Source: Octopus sinensis (Eukaryota). Taken from it: a DNA stretch of 64,000 nt. Location of the stretch: NCBI RefSeq assembly GCF_006345805.1, contig NC_043017.1, forward strand, positions 25,234,001-25,298,000, in the 5' to 3' direction. Under the pieces are notes generated by a model, which saw only the letters and a program-made list of their open reading frames with translations, had not been told where the DNA came from and searched no databases. Below, piece after piece: positions 12,923-23,932 of the stretch. The position numbers and the translations under genes were made by a program. Numbering within the stretch: position 1 is the stretch's first letter; the number at the start of each line of letters is the position of its first letter.

Positions 12923-13102
12923 ATTGTTGGTAAAGGAGCTTTTGGTGTGGTACGCCGTGCTACGTACCACAGGATTAATGTGGCTGTGAAACTCATCGAA
13001 ACTGAGTCGGAGAAGAAAGCATTCATTACAGAATTGAAACAATTGTCCCGAGTTTCTCACCCAAACATCGTTAAGCTGTATGGAGCTTGTACAAAACATC
13101 CG
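12923..13102 (+). CDS. MAP3K7: Internal coding exon of a TAK1/MAP3K7-like Ser/Thr kinase (subdomains I-IV)
   Basis: Translates to [60 protein letters not shown] (60 aa): GxGxxG loop, VAVK lysine, alphaC Glu, and the TAK1-typical ESEKKAF..[20 protein letters not shown]. Acceptor is poly-T + CCAG (AG at 12921-12922); donor GTTGGT at 13103. Phase 0/0, and as I recall the vertebrate TAK1 gene also has an intron after the equivalent Pro. Confidence 0.9.
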
Positions 13103-13271
13103 GTTGGTAATCCATGTTCTATGAAATCTTTTTCTGTTTTTTTTTTCATTTTGAATCTGTTTTTTTCTTTCTTTCTGAATGCTCTTAAGCCTTACTGAAT
13201 TTGCCACCCACTACATAATAATAATAATATAATAATAATAATAATAATATAATAATAACAACAGCAACAAA

Positions 13272-13354
13272 CCCTTGTAGAAACCCTTGGTTAGTCAAAC
13301 CCTTGTAGAAACCCTTGGTTAGTCAAACCCTATAGTAGAAAGCACTTGCCCAAA
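13272..13354 (-). repeat. Downstream arm of the 83-bp inverted repeat
   Basis: Reverse complement of 11390-11472, embedded in an (ATA)n/(ACA)n tract 170 nt after the exon donor. Confidence 0.9.
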
Positions 13355-14119
13355 TTATAATAATAATTTCAAATTTTTCCACAAGGGCAACAATTTTGGG
13401 GATGGGGTATGAGTCGATTACATTCACTGGTACTTATTTTATTGGCCCTGAAAGGATGAAGGGCAAAGTTTGAACTCGGAACGTAGTCACGTAATAATAT
13501 TAATAATAACAGGAGCACTCATAGAGTACAAACCTCCTCCAAGGCAATACCAATGTTCTCTCAATGATTTTTAAAATGAAAATATCTTAAATAAACTCGA
13601 CTGCTCTCACAAACGAGAATACTAAAAATGAACCGGAATGCTCTCAAAAAAATTAAGTAAAAGAGCAGGAAAAATAATCTAGAATCCTTGTCCGGTACCG
13701 GATTGATCCCAAAATCTAACCAGTTCATGTCAGTCACGAGACCAAACATCCCTGAAAGTTTCATCCGAATCCATCCATCTTAGTGCTCAGCTGGTTATTA
13801 TTTTATTGGCCTTTGAAGGATGAAAGACAATGGTGGAATTTGAACTCATAATGTAAGCATGGATGAAATGGTGCTAACCATTTTGACCACCGTGCTAAAG
13901 ATTCTGCTGGCTCGCTGCCCATGTTAGAAATGGTTGTTTAAAATTTAGACACCAGGCTGGAAATTCTATAGGCGTGGTTAAGTAGATTACACCAACCCCA
14001 ATGTGCAACTGGTACTTATTTTATCTACCCTGAGAGGATAAAAGGCAAAGCTGACCTCAGTGGAATTTGAACTGTGAACTCAGCGCAGTGGGACAGAAAA
14101 AATACTGCAAAGTATTTTG

Positions 14120-14894
14120 GGTGCTACTTTAGCATGCGGTCTACTACAGTATCCTACTTTAGCATGCAGTCTACTGCAGTATCCTACTTTAGCATGCAGT
14201 CTACTGCAGTATCCTACTTTAGTGTGCAGTCTACCGCAGTATCCTGTTTACACTGTGAAATTGCTTTTAGCGTGAGGTCTATCTTTCCTTACCCTCTAAA
14301 CCTGAGTTCATTTTAACCATTATAATGCTGTTAAAGGATTTCTATAGACGTATAATTTTTACAGAGGAAACAGCAGTTGCATTTTTACAAGAAAACAATC
14401 TTCTGGCTACATCGCAAGAAGCAGACCCTTGTCTTCGATGTAGTAGCATCATGCAAGAAAAGTGAAAACGTTACCGGGGTGGAGAATACCTATTTCTTTA
14501 TTACCCACAAGGGGCTAAACATAGAGGGGACAAACAAGGACAGACATAGGTATTAAGTCGATTACATCGACCCCAGTGCGTAACTGGTACTTAATTTATC
14601 GACCCCGAAAGGATGAAAGGCAAAGTCGACCTCAGCGGAATTTGAACTCACAACGTTGTGCCAGACGAAATACCGCTAAGCATTTTGCTCGGCACGCTAA
14701 CGTTTCTGCCAGCTCGCCACCTTATTCAGCATTATTCAGTTTGCTTTTATCATCCTGTCGTATAAAGTTCTTATAGTGGAGGCAGATTGCATGCTAAAGT
14801 GTAAAAGGTAGACTGCACGCTAAGAGTAATTTCACAGCGTAGACTGGATGCTGTGGTAGGCCACACGCTAAAGTAGCAATGCTGATGCTGCACC
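14120..14894 (+). mobile_element. Merlin (IS1595-like) DNA transposon remnant with repeat-containing TIRs
   Basis: GG-terminal inverted ends (GGTGCTACTTTAGCATGC... versus rc of ...CACGCTAAAGTAGCAATGCTGATGCTGCACC). Left end has four 30-bp units at 14124-14243. Internal FTEETAVAFLQENNLLATSQEADPCLRCSSIM resembles an ISXO2/Merlin transposase N-terminus with CxxC. The TSD is degenerate. Confidence 0.5.
14490..14722 (-). mobile_element. SINE family B inside the Merlin-like element
   Basis: Reverse complement of the GGCGAGCTGGCAGAAACGTTAG...GTGGGTAATAAAGAAATAG family. Other copies at 17362, 22615, 27600, 47920 (tandem dimer) and 56640. Confidence 0.8.
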
Positions 14895-15239
14895 AATTCT
14901 TTTAGCTTTCTGTCTTACCTATGTTAGAAATAATAATAATAATTATTATTAGTGCAGTAGGTGGCTTTAGACAAATAGGTTTTAGGTTTCACATGAAATA
15001 CCCTGTGGTATTCTGTTGTGTTGTTTTATGCTTTGAATTTAAATCCTATCCAAGTCAACTTAGATTTTCACTTCTAGTCCCAGAGTGGTAAATACCAATC
15101 AAGCACTGGTCATGTTTGACTGTACTTCAAGATTTGTGTCTGTGAAACTCAGAGCATCATGGTTTCACACACACATAGACACTATATATATATATATATA
15201 TATCTCAGCAGTCGCCATGATAGATCGTTAGCCACTACA

Positions 15240-15600
15240 CACATTTGGTGAAAGCAATCAGATCTGTGGAGTGCAAAGAATTGGGTTCTTCACAGTGACA
15301 ATGCACCCTGTGACCAAGCTCTGCCCACCTGTGAGTTTTTTGCATAAAAAAAAATGTCAAAATAAATGTTTCAACCATGAAACCCCAAACAGTTCTATTT
15401 CACTAGACTTATGGTTTACATTATAACATTATATATTTTTTTCTCTCCTTGTTTCTCTCCTTGTTTTTTCTGTGTACCTTTCTGTAGAAGAGCGTAGGCT
15501 CGAAACGTAAAAGACTTTTTCTATTCCTGAGTGTTATACTAATACATCTGTTTGCTTTGTACACCACCTGTCTTTGTCTTTTGTTTTTTTTATAAACTTT

Positions 15601-15610
<10 letters not shown>
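15240..15610 (+). repeat. Composite segment (mariner fragment + spacer + Penelope-like fragment), inverted copy of 28425-28790
   Basis: Mariner KNWVLHSDNAPC motif. Shared spacer CAGTTCTATTTCACTAGACTTATGGTTTACATTATAACATT. The GAAGAGCGTAGGCTCGAAACGTAAAAGAC segment resembles Penelope-like termini. Confidence 0.8.
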
Positions 15611-15646
<36 letters not shown>

Positions 15647-16113
15647 TATATAAATAAATATTCTATGTATGTACACATGCATACACGCGTATATTGTCTT
15701 AGAGAAAATGTTATAAGAAAAATTGAATGGAAGGGAAGTAATCATATTCAGAAATGATTTCCCTTGGAAACATCCTTTTAATTAAACAATTACATTTCTT
15801 AAGGTTGTCAGCTTGATATTCCCATGCAGTTTGTACAGAATTGGTTGGGGTTTGTATTTATAAAACTATATGTAAGACAAAGGAATATATGTACTGGGCG
15901 TGGCTAGCATGGGTACAGGCATATCTGTCTGGTTAAGGAGCTTACTTACCATCTGTGTAGTCTAGCGTTCAGCTCTGCTGTGCAGCACCTTGAGCAAATG
16001 TCTTCTTCTATAGCCCTGAGCCGACCAAAGGCTTGTGAGTGGATTTGGTTGAAGGAAACTTAAAGAAACTCTCGTGTGTGTGTATGTATTATGTAAATAA
16101 ATAAAATAAATAT

Positions 16114-16287
16114 AATGTGAGGTATATTTGCCATCTCAATATGACTAACCACTAAGGGTGGGTGTTACTGTAGCTTGTAGCCCCAGGAGAACATCTTCTC
16201 CAGTTTCTCCAGCTCCTGGGGCTACAATCTACAGTAACACCCACCCTTAGTGGTTAGTCATATTGAGATGGCAATATACCTCACATT
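16114..16287. repeat. Fold-back hairpin, 75-76 bp arms and 23-nt loop
   Basis: 16114-16189 is the reverse complement of 16213-16287 apart from one mismatch and a 1-nt indel. Confidence 0.95.
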
Positions 16288-17992
16288 GTCGTGCAGTTAC
16301 TGTTTATACCTCGTTCAGAGATTTATTATTGCTTAAATAAATATATATATATGCATATATATATATATATATATATATAATACATGCATTTATATATATA
16401 TATTATATATATATATATAATAATATATATATGTTATATATTATATATTATATATATCTATACATACAGGTTATTCGTAAATGAATAAATAAATACAAAC
16501 GATGGATGGTTTAATACAATATGCATTTCTGGATTAGTCCAAGATCTAGTGATATACTCAGTAGGGTTCAGTTAATTGTATACACAACCTGAATATCCTT
16601 CTGCCTGTACTTTGGTACCAACACTTGTATTCATCTATATTTTAATTTTGACCGACCTGGTGCCCTACCATTTAAGTTCTTGAGTCACCTGAATCCTAAT
16701 ATATTATATATAGGTTTATCTGTGAATCATCATCATCATCATCGCTTAACGTCTGTTTCCCGTGCTAGCACGGGTTGGACGGTTCGACCGGGGTCTGGGA
16801 AGCCAGGGGCTGCTCCAGGCTCCAGTCTGATCTGGCAGAGTTTTTACGGCTGGATGCCCTTCCTAACGCCAACCACTCCGTGAGTGTAGTGGGTGCTTTT
16901 TACGTGCCACCCGCACAGGTGCCAGGGGGTGTCCGGCATCAGCCACGATCGGTTGGAACTTTTAACGTGCCAGCGGCACGGAAGCCAGCCAAGGCGGCGC
17001 TACCCTTGTCTAATCTGAATCTCCCCAAGAACTACGTTAAGGGTACACATGTCTGTGGAGCGCTCAGCCACTTGCACGTTAATTTCATGAGCAGGCTGTT
17101 CAGTTGATTGGATCAACTGGAACACTCGTCGTTGTAACTGATGGAGTGCCATGATACCTAATAACTGATCCAGTCAATGGTTCAATATCTAGAAGATGAA
17201 ATAGGCAGAACCAAAAATATAGTTCTAGACCAAATTACTTACTCGTAACATAACTTTGGCATTTAATATAAAAATTCTAATTTTTAGATCTATGTTCCAA
17301 GCTTTTGGCCATGACTGTATATGATAGGCTTCAGTTTTTGTCCAGTTTTTGGCCTGCGGCTATATATTTCTTTACTGCCCACAAGGGGCTAAACATAGAG
17401 GGGACAAACAAGGACAGACAAACGGATTAAGTCAATTACATCAACCCCAGTGCGAAACTGGTACTTAATATATCGACCCCGAAAGGATGAAAGGCAAAGT
17501 TGACCTCGGCGAAATTTGAACTCACAACGTAACGACAGACGAAATACCTATTTCTTTACTACCTGGCGCGCTAACGTGTCTGCCAGCTCGCCGCCTGCGG
17601 CTATATAGCAGACACCTGCCCATGGTGTTGTGCAGTAGGACTGAACCCAAAAACCATGTGTGGTTGGGTAGCAAACCTCCTTAATCACACAGTCACATAT
17701 GTGTCTAGTGTGCAGAATTAAAGTGTGACATGTATTCTCTTTATTGTCCACTCTAATTTTTCTATGCCTGTAATTTGCGGTAGTGGCTACATTTGAGGCA
17801 TAGAGAGCCAGATGTTACAGAACATGTGTAACTGGTTGTGTAACATGCAAAGGATGCAGTGTCACAGTCTTTTCTTCCAACTGTTCAGTTTATCTTTTTG
17901 ATCACAGGTAAGTTCATGGCCATCAATTCACTCTGAAGAAAGTTCATCATGAGGAAAGTTTACTGAGAAAATATATCCATAGTATCTCACTT

Positions 17993-18385
17993 AGGCGCAG
18001 GAGTGGCTGTGTGGTAAGTAGCTTGCTTACCAACCACATGGTTCCAGGTTCAGTCCCACTGCATGGCACTTTGGGCAAGTGTCTTCTACTATAGCCTCGG
18101 GCCGACCAAAGCCTTGTGAATGGATTTGGTAGACAGAAACTGAAAAGAAGCCCATCGTATATGTGTGTGTGTGTGTGTGTGTTTGTGTGTCTGTGTTTGT
18201 CCCTCCAACATCGTTTGACAACTAATGGTGGTGTGTTTATGTCTCCGTAACCTAGCGGTTCGGCAAAAGAGACAGATAGAATAAGTACTAGGCTTACAAA
18301 TCCACTCACAAGGGGTCGATTTGCTCGACTAAAAGCAGTGCCCCAGCATGACCGCAGTCAAATGACTGAAACATGTAAAAGAGTA
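17993..18385 (+). mobile_element. SINE family A
   Basis: Full-length family match. Confidence 0.85.
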
Positions 18386-18764
18386 AGTATTAAGAGTTAA
18401 AGATTATTTTATTGCAAAAAAAAATATTAAATAAATAAAAAGGTTAATTGATGACGGTGAACTTACCAGACATGTAATTTTTTACGCCTGTAATTTCTTG
18501 TAGTGACTGCAGTGGAGGAGGTGTGGAAGGCCATGAGTTGAACATGTGCAACTTGTGTTGAGTGCTGTAATGGATTGTAAGGCAATGTGGAGTGACAGTC
18601 TGGACTTGTTACATTACTCTCTAATGTCCAGTCTTTTTCTCTACACTTTCAAATTCTACTTTGTGGCCTACAGTGGAGATATGCAAGGATATATGTTAAA
18701 GAACATGCGTAATTTGTGTAATGTAAAGTGATTAATTAGATGGTCGCAATGTGACGGACTGAAT

Positions 18765-19215
18765 ATACTCTTTTACTTGTTTCAGTCACGTGACTGTGGC
18801 CATGCTAGAGCACCGCCTTTAGTCGATCAAATCGACCCCAGGACTTATTCTTTGTAAGCCTGGTACTTATTTTATCGGTCTCTTTTTGCCGAACCGCTAA
18901 GTTATGGGGGACGTAAACACACCAGCATCGGTTGTCAAGCGATGTTGGGGGGACAAATACAGACACACAAACACGCACACACACATACACACACACACAT
19001 ACACACACACATATATATATATATATGTATATATATATACATACATATATACGACGGGCTTCTTTCAGTTTCCGTCTACCAAATCCACTCACAAGGCTTT
19101 GGTCGGCCCGAGGCTATAGTAGAAGACACTTACCCAAGGTGCTGCGCAGTGGGACTGAACCCGGAACCATGTGGTTTGTAAGCAAGCTACTTACCACACA
19201 GCCACTCCTACGCCT
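18765..19215 (-). mobile_element. SINE family A
   Basis: Full-length family match, reverse orientation. Confidence 0.85.
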
Positions 19216-20054
19216 ATGTTTTATGTTATATTCTTCTGGCTTTCTGGCCTATTTCTGTACACCTGTAGATTCTGGTGATAGCTACAGTGGAGGCATGGAA
19301 GGCCATTTGTTGACGATCATGTCTAAATGGTTGTGTAACATGCAATCATAAATTGTAAGGTGTGCAGTTGAAAAAGTCTGATATGTTGTATTCTCTTTTC
19401 TGTCCAGTCAACATTTTTAATGTTTCTAGTTTGCAGTGGTGGCCACTGCAGAAAGCTGGCAGTGTTACCATTACTAGAGTCTGACGGCTGCTGGTATCAT
19501 AAGTGGTATCAAAAAGTTCCTGTACTGGTTCAGTAGTGTGCCAATTAAAAACCGGTGCTGGTGTGTTTATATCCCCGTAACTTAGCGGTTCGGCAAAAGG
19601 GTCTGATAGAATAAGTACCAGGACTAAAAAAAAAAAAAAAAGCACTGGGGTCGATACATTCGACTAAAAATTCTTCAAAGCAATGCTCCAGCGTGGCCAC
19701 AGTATACTGACTGACACAAAGAATAAGTTTTAAGAAGTAATGGATTGTAGATTACAAATAGTTGTGAGTAACCCGATTAAAATTTACGGAAAAACACGGA
19801 GCATGTAATCGTGAAAAGTAGCGTAATCCGTTGCTATAAGTAACCCAGTCTAGTGTTTAAAACTGATGTGACCTGTTGATCAAATTAAGATATTAAAGGA
19901 AAAGTACGAAAATTTAAACCGCAAGTTTAGTTTCTGAATAGTCAGGGGAGAGCAGTATCATTTAATGTAGTTGAGTTATCCAACTTGGATGATGTTAAAG
20001 GGAAGTAACTCTCCCGTCTTATATAAAGGTAATTTTTTTCTCCTTTTTCTATAT

Positions 20055-20465
20055 CTTTTTACTCTTTTACTTGTTTCAGTCACTTGACTTGCGGCCATGC
20101 AGAAGCACCGCCTTTAGTCGAGCAAATCGACCCAAGGACTTATTCTTTGTAAGCCTAGTACTTATTCTATCTGTATCTTTTCCGAACCGCTAACTCTAAC
20201 CCTAAGTTACGAGGATATAAACACACCAGCATCGGTTGTCAAGCGATGTTGGGAAGACAAACATAGACACACATATACATATACATATATATATACATAT
20301 ATACAACGGGATTCTTCCAGCTTCCGTCTACCAAATCCACTCACAAGGCTTTGGTCAACCCGAGGCTATAGTAATGACACTTGCCCAAGGTGCCACGCAG
20401 TAGGACTGAACCCAGGACCACATGGTGGGTAAGCAAGCTACTTACCACACAGCCGCTCCTGCGCC
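20055..20465 (-). mobile_element. SINE family A
   Basis: Family match, with a small CTCTAACCCTAA insertion near 20195. Confidence 0.8.
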
Positions 20466-20810
20466 TATTTAAATTTTTTTGAAAACATCGTTAGAATGTT
20501 GGACAAAATGTATCGCAGTATTTCTCCTTGGGTGGGGGGAGTCGATAAAATATAGTACCGGTCAAGTGCTGGGGTAGCCTGTAGGGTTAGTGTAATCAAC
20601 TGCGTCCTCTCCCAAATTGATTTAGTTCATTCCTGTTGTTTAGCAACGAAAGAATACTCCCATCTTTTTAGAAGTATCTGGGTCTTGATTATGTCGTATG
20701 TCTTTATTTCAGACTGTCGGGTGTGATTTAAAGTAGTTTGACTGATATTTCGATGAGGTTAACTGACCACACTGAGGTGTCCCTTATTGACCATGCTATG
20801 TGCAGCATTG

Positions 20811-21229
20811 GGATCTTTTCGGTTTGAACAGCAGTTTTTTCTAGCGGTGTCATATGAAATTGTCACCCATAATTATGACCCTAGTATTGATCTATTGCAT
20901 TTCAATCTGTTTTAGGGTTAGGGTTAGGGCTAGTGGGGAAGGGTATCTTTTTTTCTTCACAAATGTAAATAAACTCAATCTGTTTCTTAAACGATGGACA
21001 TATTCATACAGCACAGAATGTTTTCTTACCTCAATTGACGTATTTGATTGGTTGAAATTGCAGAAATTGAAGAAAATAAAACAACAAATATCTTACAAAC
21101 CAAAGAATTTCTCAATAAAGCCAAGAGAAAAAGACGTTTTATAAACACATTCTACCAGTATACGAAGTTTAAAATTTTTTAGTTACCTAGAAATTATGTT
21201 AAAAACTGCCGTTCAAACCAAAAAGATCC
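20811..21229. mobile_element. MITE with GG-terminal TIRs of about 28 bp and an 8-bp TSD (Merlin-like)
   Basis: GGATCTTTTCGGTTTGAACAGCAGTTTTT versus rc GGATCTTTTTGGTTTGAACGGCAGTTTTT. Flanks are CAGCATTG (20803-20810) and CAGTGTTG (21230-21237). Internal (TTAGGG)3 at 20912-20929. Confidence 0.7.
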
Positions 21230-21959
21230 CAGTGTTGTACTTGATGTAAATCAAATATCATTTATTTTGACAAAGTGAAACCTGTTTAGGTTATACATGA
21301 AATCTGTGAATGCATTCAGAAATATTTTGCTAGTCTCATAGAAGAAACCTTTTTGTATTCTTACAGAAAGCTCAAAGACATATTTTCTTAGTCTTCTGGA
21401 GCTCTTGTTCTTCTCATTTGTACACATATACTCAAAAGGTCACACTCATACTTGTGTTTCCACTCACTATCATACATGTATTAAATGATGATGATGACCC
21501 ATCCATCCTCATCGTTTAATGTCCTCTTTCCATGCTGGCATGGGTTGGATCGTTTGACATAATGCTGGCTAGGAGGGAGCTGCTCAGACTCCAATTGTCT
21601 GTTTTGGGATGGCTTCTATGGCTGGATGCCCTTCCAAATGCCAACCACTTAATACAGTGTACTGGGTACATTTACCCAGCACCGGCATGGGTGTGTTTAC
21701 ACATCATTGGCACAAGTGTGTTAACGCAGCACCATCACAGGTGCTTTTTATGTGGCACTGACACGTGAAAGAACATGCTTGTATGTATGGAAGACAGCGA
21801 TTTTACTTAGCTTGATGTGCCTTATCAAGTACACCACATCTGGTCCCTTGGCATTTCCTCAGTGAGGCCCAGTGTCTAAAGATCCTTTCTCACCACTTCA
21901 TCCCACATCTCGCTGGGTCTAAAACATTTGCACACATACTTCTATACTCACATGCACAT

Positions 21960-22546
21960 ACATCATCATCGTTTAACGTCCGCTTTCCTTGCTAGAATGG
22001 GTTGGATAGGTTCAACTTGGGGTCTGGGAAGCCAGAAGGCTGCACCAGGCTCCAGTCTGATCTGGTGGTGTTTCTGCAGCTGGATGCCCTTCCTAACGCC
22101 AACCACTCTGTGAGCGTAGTGGGTGCTTTTTACGTGCCACCGGCACAGGTGCCAGACGAGGCTGGCAAATGGCCACAATCGGATGGTGCTTTTTATGTGC
22201 CACCGGCACAGGTGCCAGACGAGGCTGCAAAAATGGCCACATCGGATGGTGCTTTTTACGTGCCACCGGCACAGGTGCCAGACGAGGCTGGCAAATGGCC
22301 ACAATCGGATGGTGCTTTTTATGTGCCACCGGCACAGGTGCCAGACGAGGCTGGCAAATGGCCACAATCGGATGGTGCTTTTTATGTGCCACCGGCACAG
22401 GTGCCAGACGAGGCTGGCAAATGGCCACAATCGGATGGTGCTTTTTACGTGCCACCGGCACAGGTGCCAGACGAGGCTGGCAAATGGCCACAATCGGATG
22501 GTGCTTTTTATGTGCCACCGGCACGGAGGCCAGGCGAGGCTGGCAG
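21960..22546 (-). mobile_element. RTE LINE 3'UTR with an expanded 63-bp VNTR (6 full units, 22136-22513)
   Basis: Unit GCCACCGGCACAGGTGCCAGACGAGGCTGGCAAATGGCCACAATCGGATGGTGCTTTTTA(C/T)GT, near-identical copies. It explains the five overlapping ORFs in the track. Confidence 0.9.
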
Positions 22547-23244
22547 ATATATTATTTATTGGTATATTTGTATTAGTGTCTTCTTTTTGGTTGCTACAGT
22601 CAGAATGTTTTGGTTGGTTTCCCCTGGCAGAAAGGTTAGCACACCGGGCGAAATGCTTAGCGGTATTTCGTCTGCGTTACGTTGTGAGTTCAAATTCCGC
22701 CGAGGTCGACTTTGACTTCATCCTTTCGGGGTCGATAAATTAAGTACCAGTTGCGCACTGGGGTCGATGTAAATCGACTTAATACCTATGTCTGTCCTTG
22801 TTTGTCCCCTCTGTGTTTAGCCCCTTGTGGGTAATAAAGAGTTAGGTTGGTTTCTCCTGTTTTTCATCGGGTACCTGGTGTATCAAAGAGCTAAACCCAT
22901 TATTTATTTCATTAATTCCTCAGGGTTTTCTTCTCATTCTGTTGTCTGTCCCGATGAAGTGCATGGCTTAGTGGATTCGGTGTTGGAATCCTGATTGTAA
23001 GATTGTGGTTCCACTTCTTGGACTGAGTAATGCATTGTGTTCTTGAGCAAGGCTCTTCATTTCATGTTGTCTCCAATCCATTCAACTGACAAATGTGAGT
23101 AATCCTGTGATGGACTGGCGTCCCATCCAGTGGGGAACATATACGCCACAGAAACTGAGAAGCTGGCCCTATGAGTTTATATGGCTCGGGAAGGAAATAT
23201 TGTCTATACCACAGACATTATCTTAGTTATTGTCACACTTCTGT

Positions 23245-23585
23245 GAAGGCACATGGCTCAGTTGTTAGAGCGTTGGGCTTGCAATCACAAAGTAGTGAGC
23301 TCAATCCCTGGACTGGGTTATGTGTTGTGTTCTTGAGCAAGACACTTTATTTTATGTTGCTCCAGTTCACTCAGCTGTAGAACTGAGTTGCGACGTCACA
23401 GGTGCTAGGCTGTATCAGCCTTTGACTTTCCCCTTTCCCTTGAATAACATCAATGGTGTGGAGAGGGAAGGCTGGTATGCATGGGTGACTGCTGGTCTTT
23501 CATAAACAACCTTGCCTGGACTTGTGTCTCGGAGGGGAACTTTCTGGGTGCAATCCCATGGTCATTCATGGCCGCAGAGGGTCCA
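23245..23585 (+). mobile_element. tRNA-headed SINE
   Basis: GAAGGCACATGGCTCAGTTGTTAGAG head and TTCTTGAGCAAGACACTT core; related copy at 31915-32130. Confidence 0.7.
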
Positions 23586-23886
23586 CTTCTGATTTCACTT
23601 ACTTGTTATACTACAAATAGTGTGTGTGTGGATTGGGTTCTCCTTTGACAGATCTCTGATAACAAAGTGTTGAACACTTATAATATCTATAGAGAACTGG
23701 AGCTACTAGATTCAATGTGTATGCAAATGGATTGACTTCTTGTTTCTCTTGGATTCATCAAGTGATGTACACTCCTGATGAAACCCCAACAAGGGTTGAA
23801 AGTCAATTAGGGCTGGCTGTTCATTTATTTTAGTCTATGGAGAAATAGGTCAGTTTGACATGTATGTCTATGATGTAGGTTTATAT

Positions 23887-23930
<44 letters not shown>

Positions 23931-23932
<2 letters not shown>

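Larger units (their letters stand above)
17730..19470. repeat. Old diverged tandem array with a period of about 157 bp, split by SINE insertions
   Basis: Ordered motifs recur: TGTATTCTCTTT (17731, 19387), GCCTGTAATTT (17766, 18486), CTACAGTGGAG (18668, 19282), GGAAGGCCA (about 18525 and 19297), TGGTTGTGTAACATGCAA (17833, 19328). Confidence 0.6.

Noticed and set aside
17730-19470. Possible decayed C2H2 zinc-finger array (TGQKREY-like linker)
   Set aside because: The period of about 157 bp does not fit 84-bp fingers, and Cys/His spacing is not conserved.
20912-20929. (TTAGGG)3, plus TTAGGG/CCCTAA pieces near 20195, 33233 and 35960
   Set aside because: Very short and internal to repeats (GTTAGGGTTAAGACAAT is shared by 33233 and 35960); not evidence of a telomere or chromosome fusion.
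22136-22513. CRISPR-like regular repeat array
   Set aside because: Units are contiguous with no unique spacers, there are no cas genes, and the context is eukaryotic.
22002-22743. Long overlapping ORFs (135-237 aa) with 21-aa repeats
   Set aside because: A by-product of a stop-free 63-bp VNTR in a LINE 3'UTR; not a gene.
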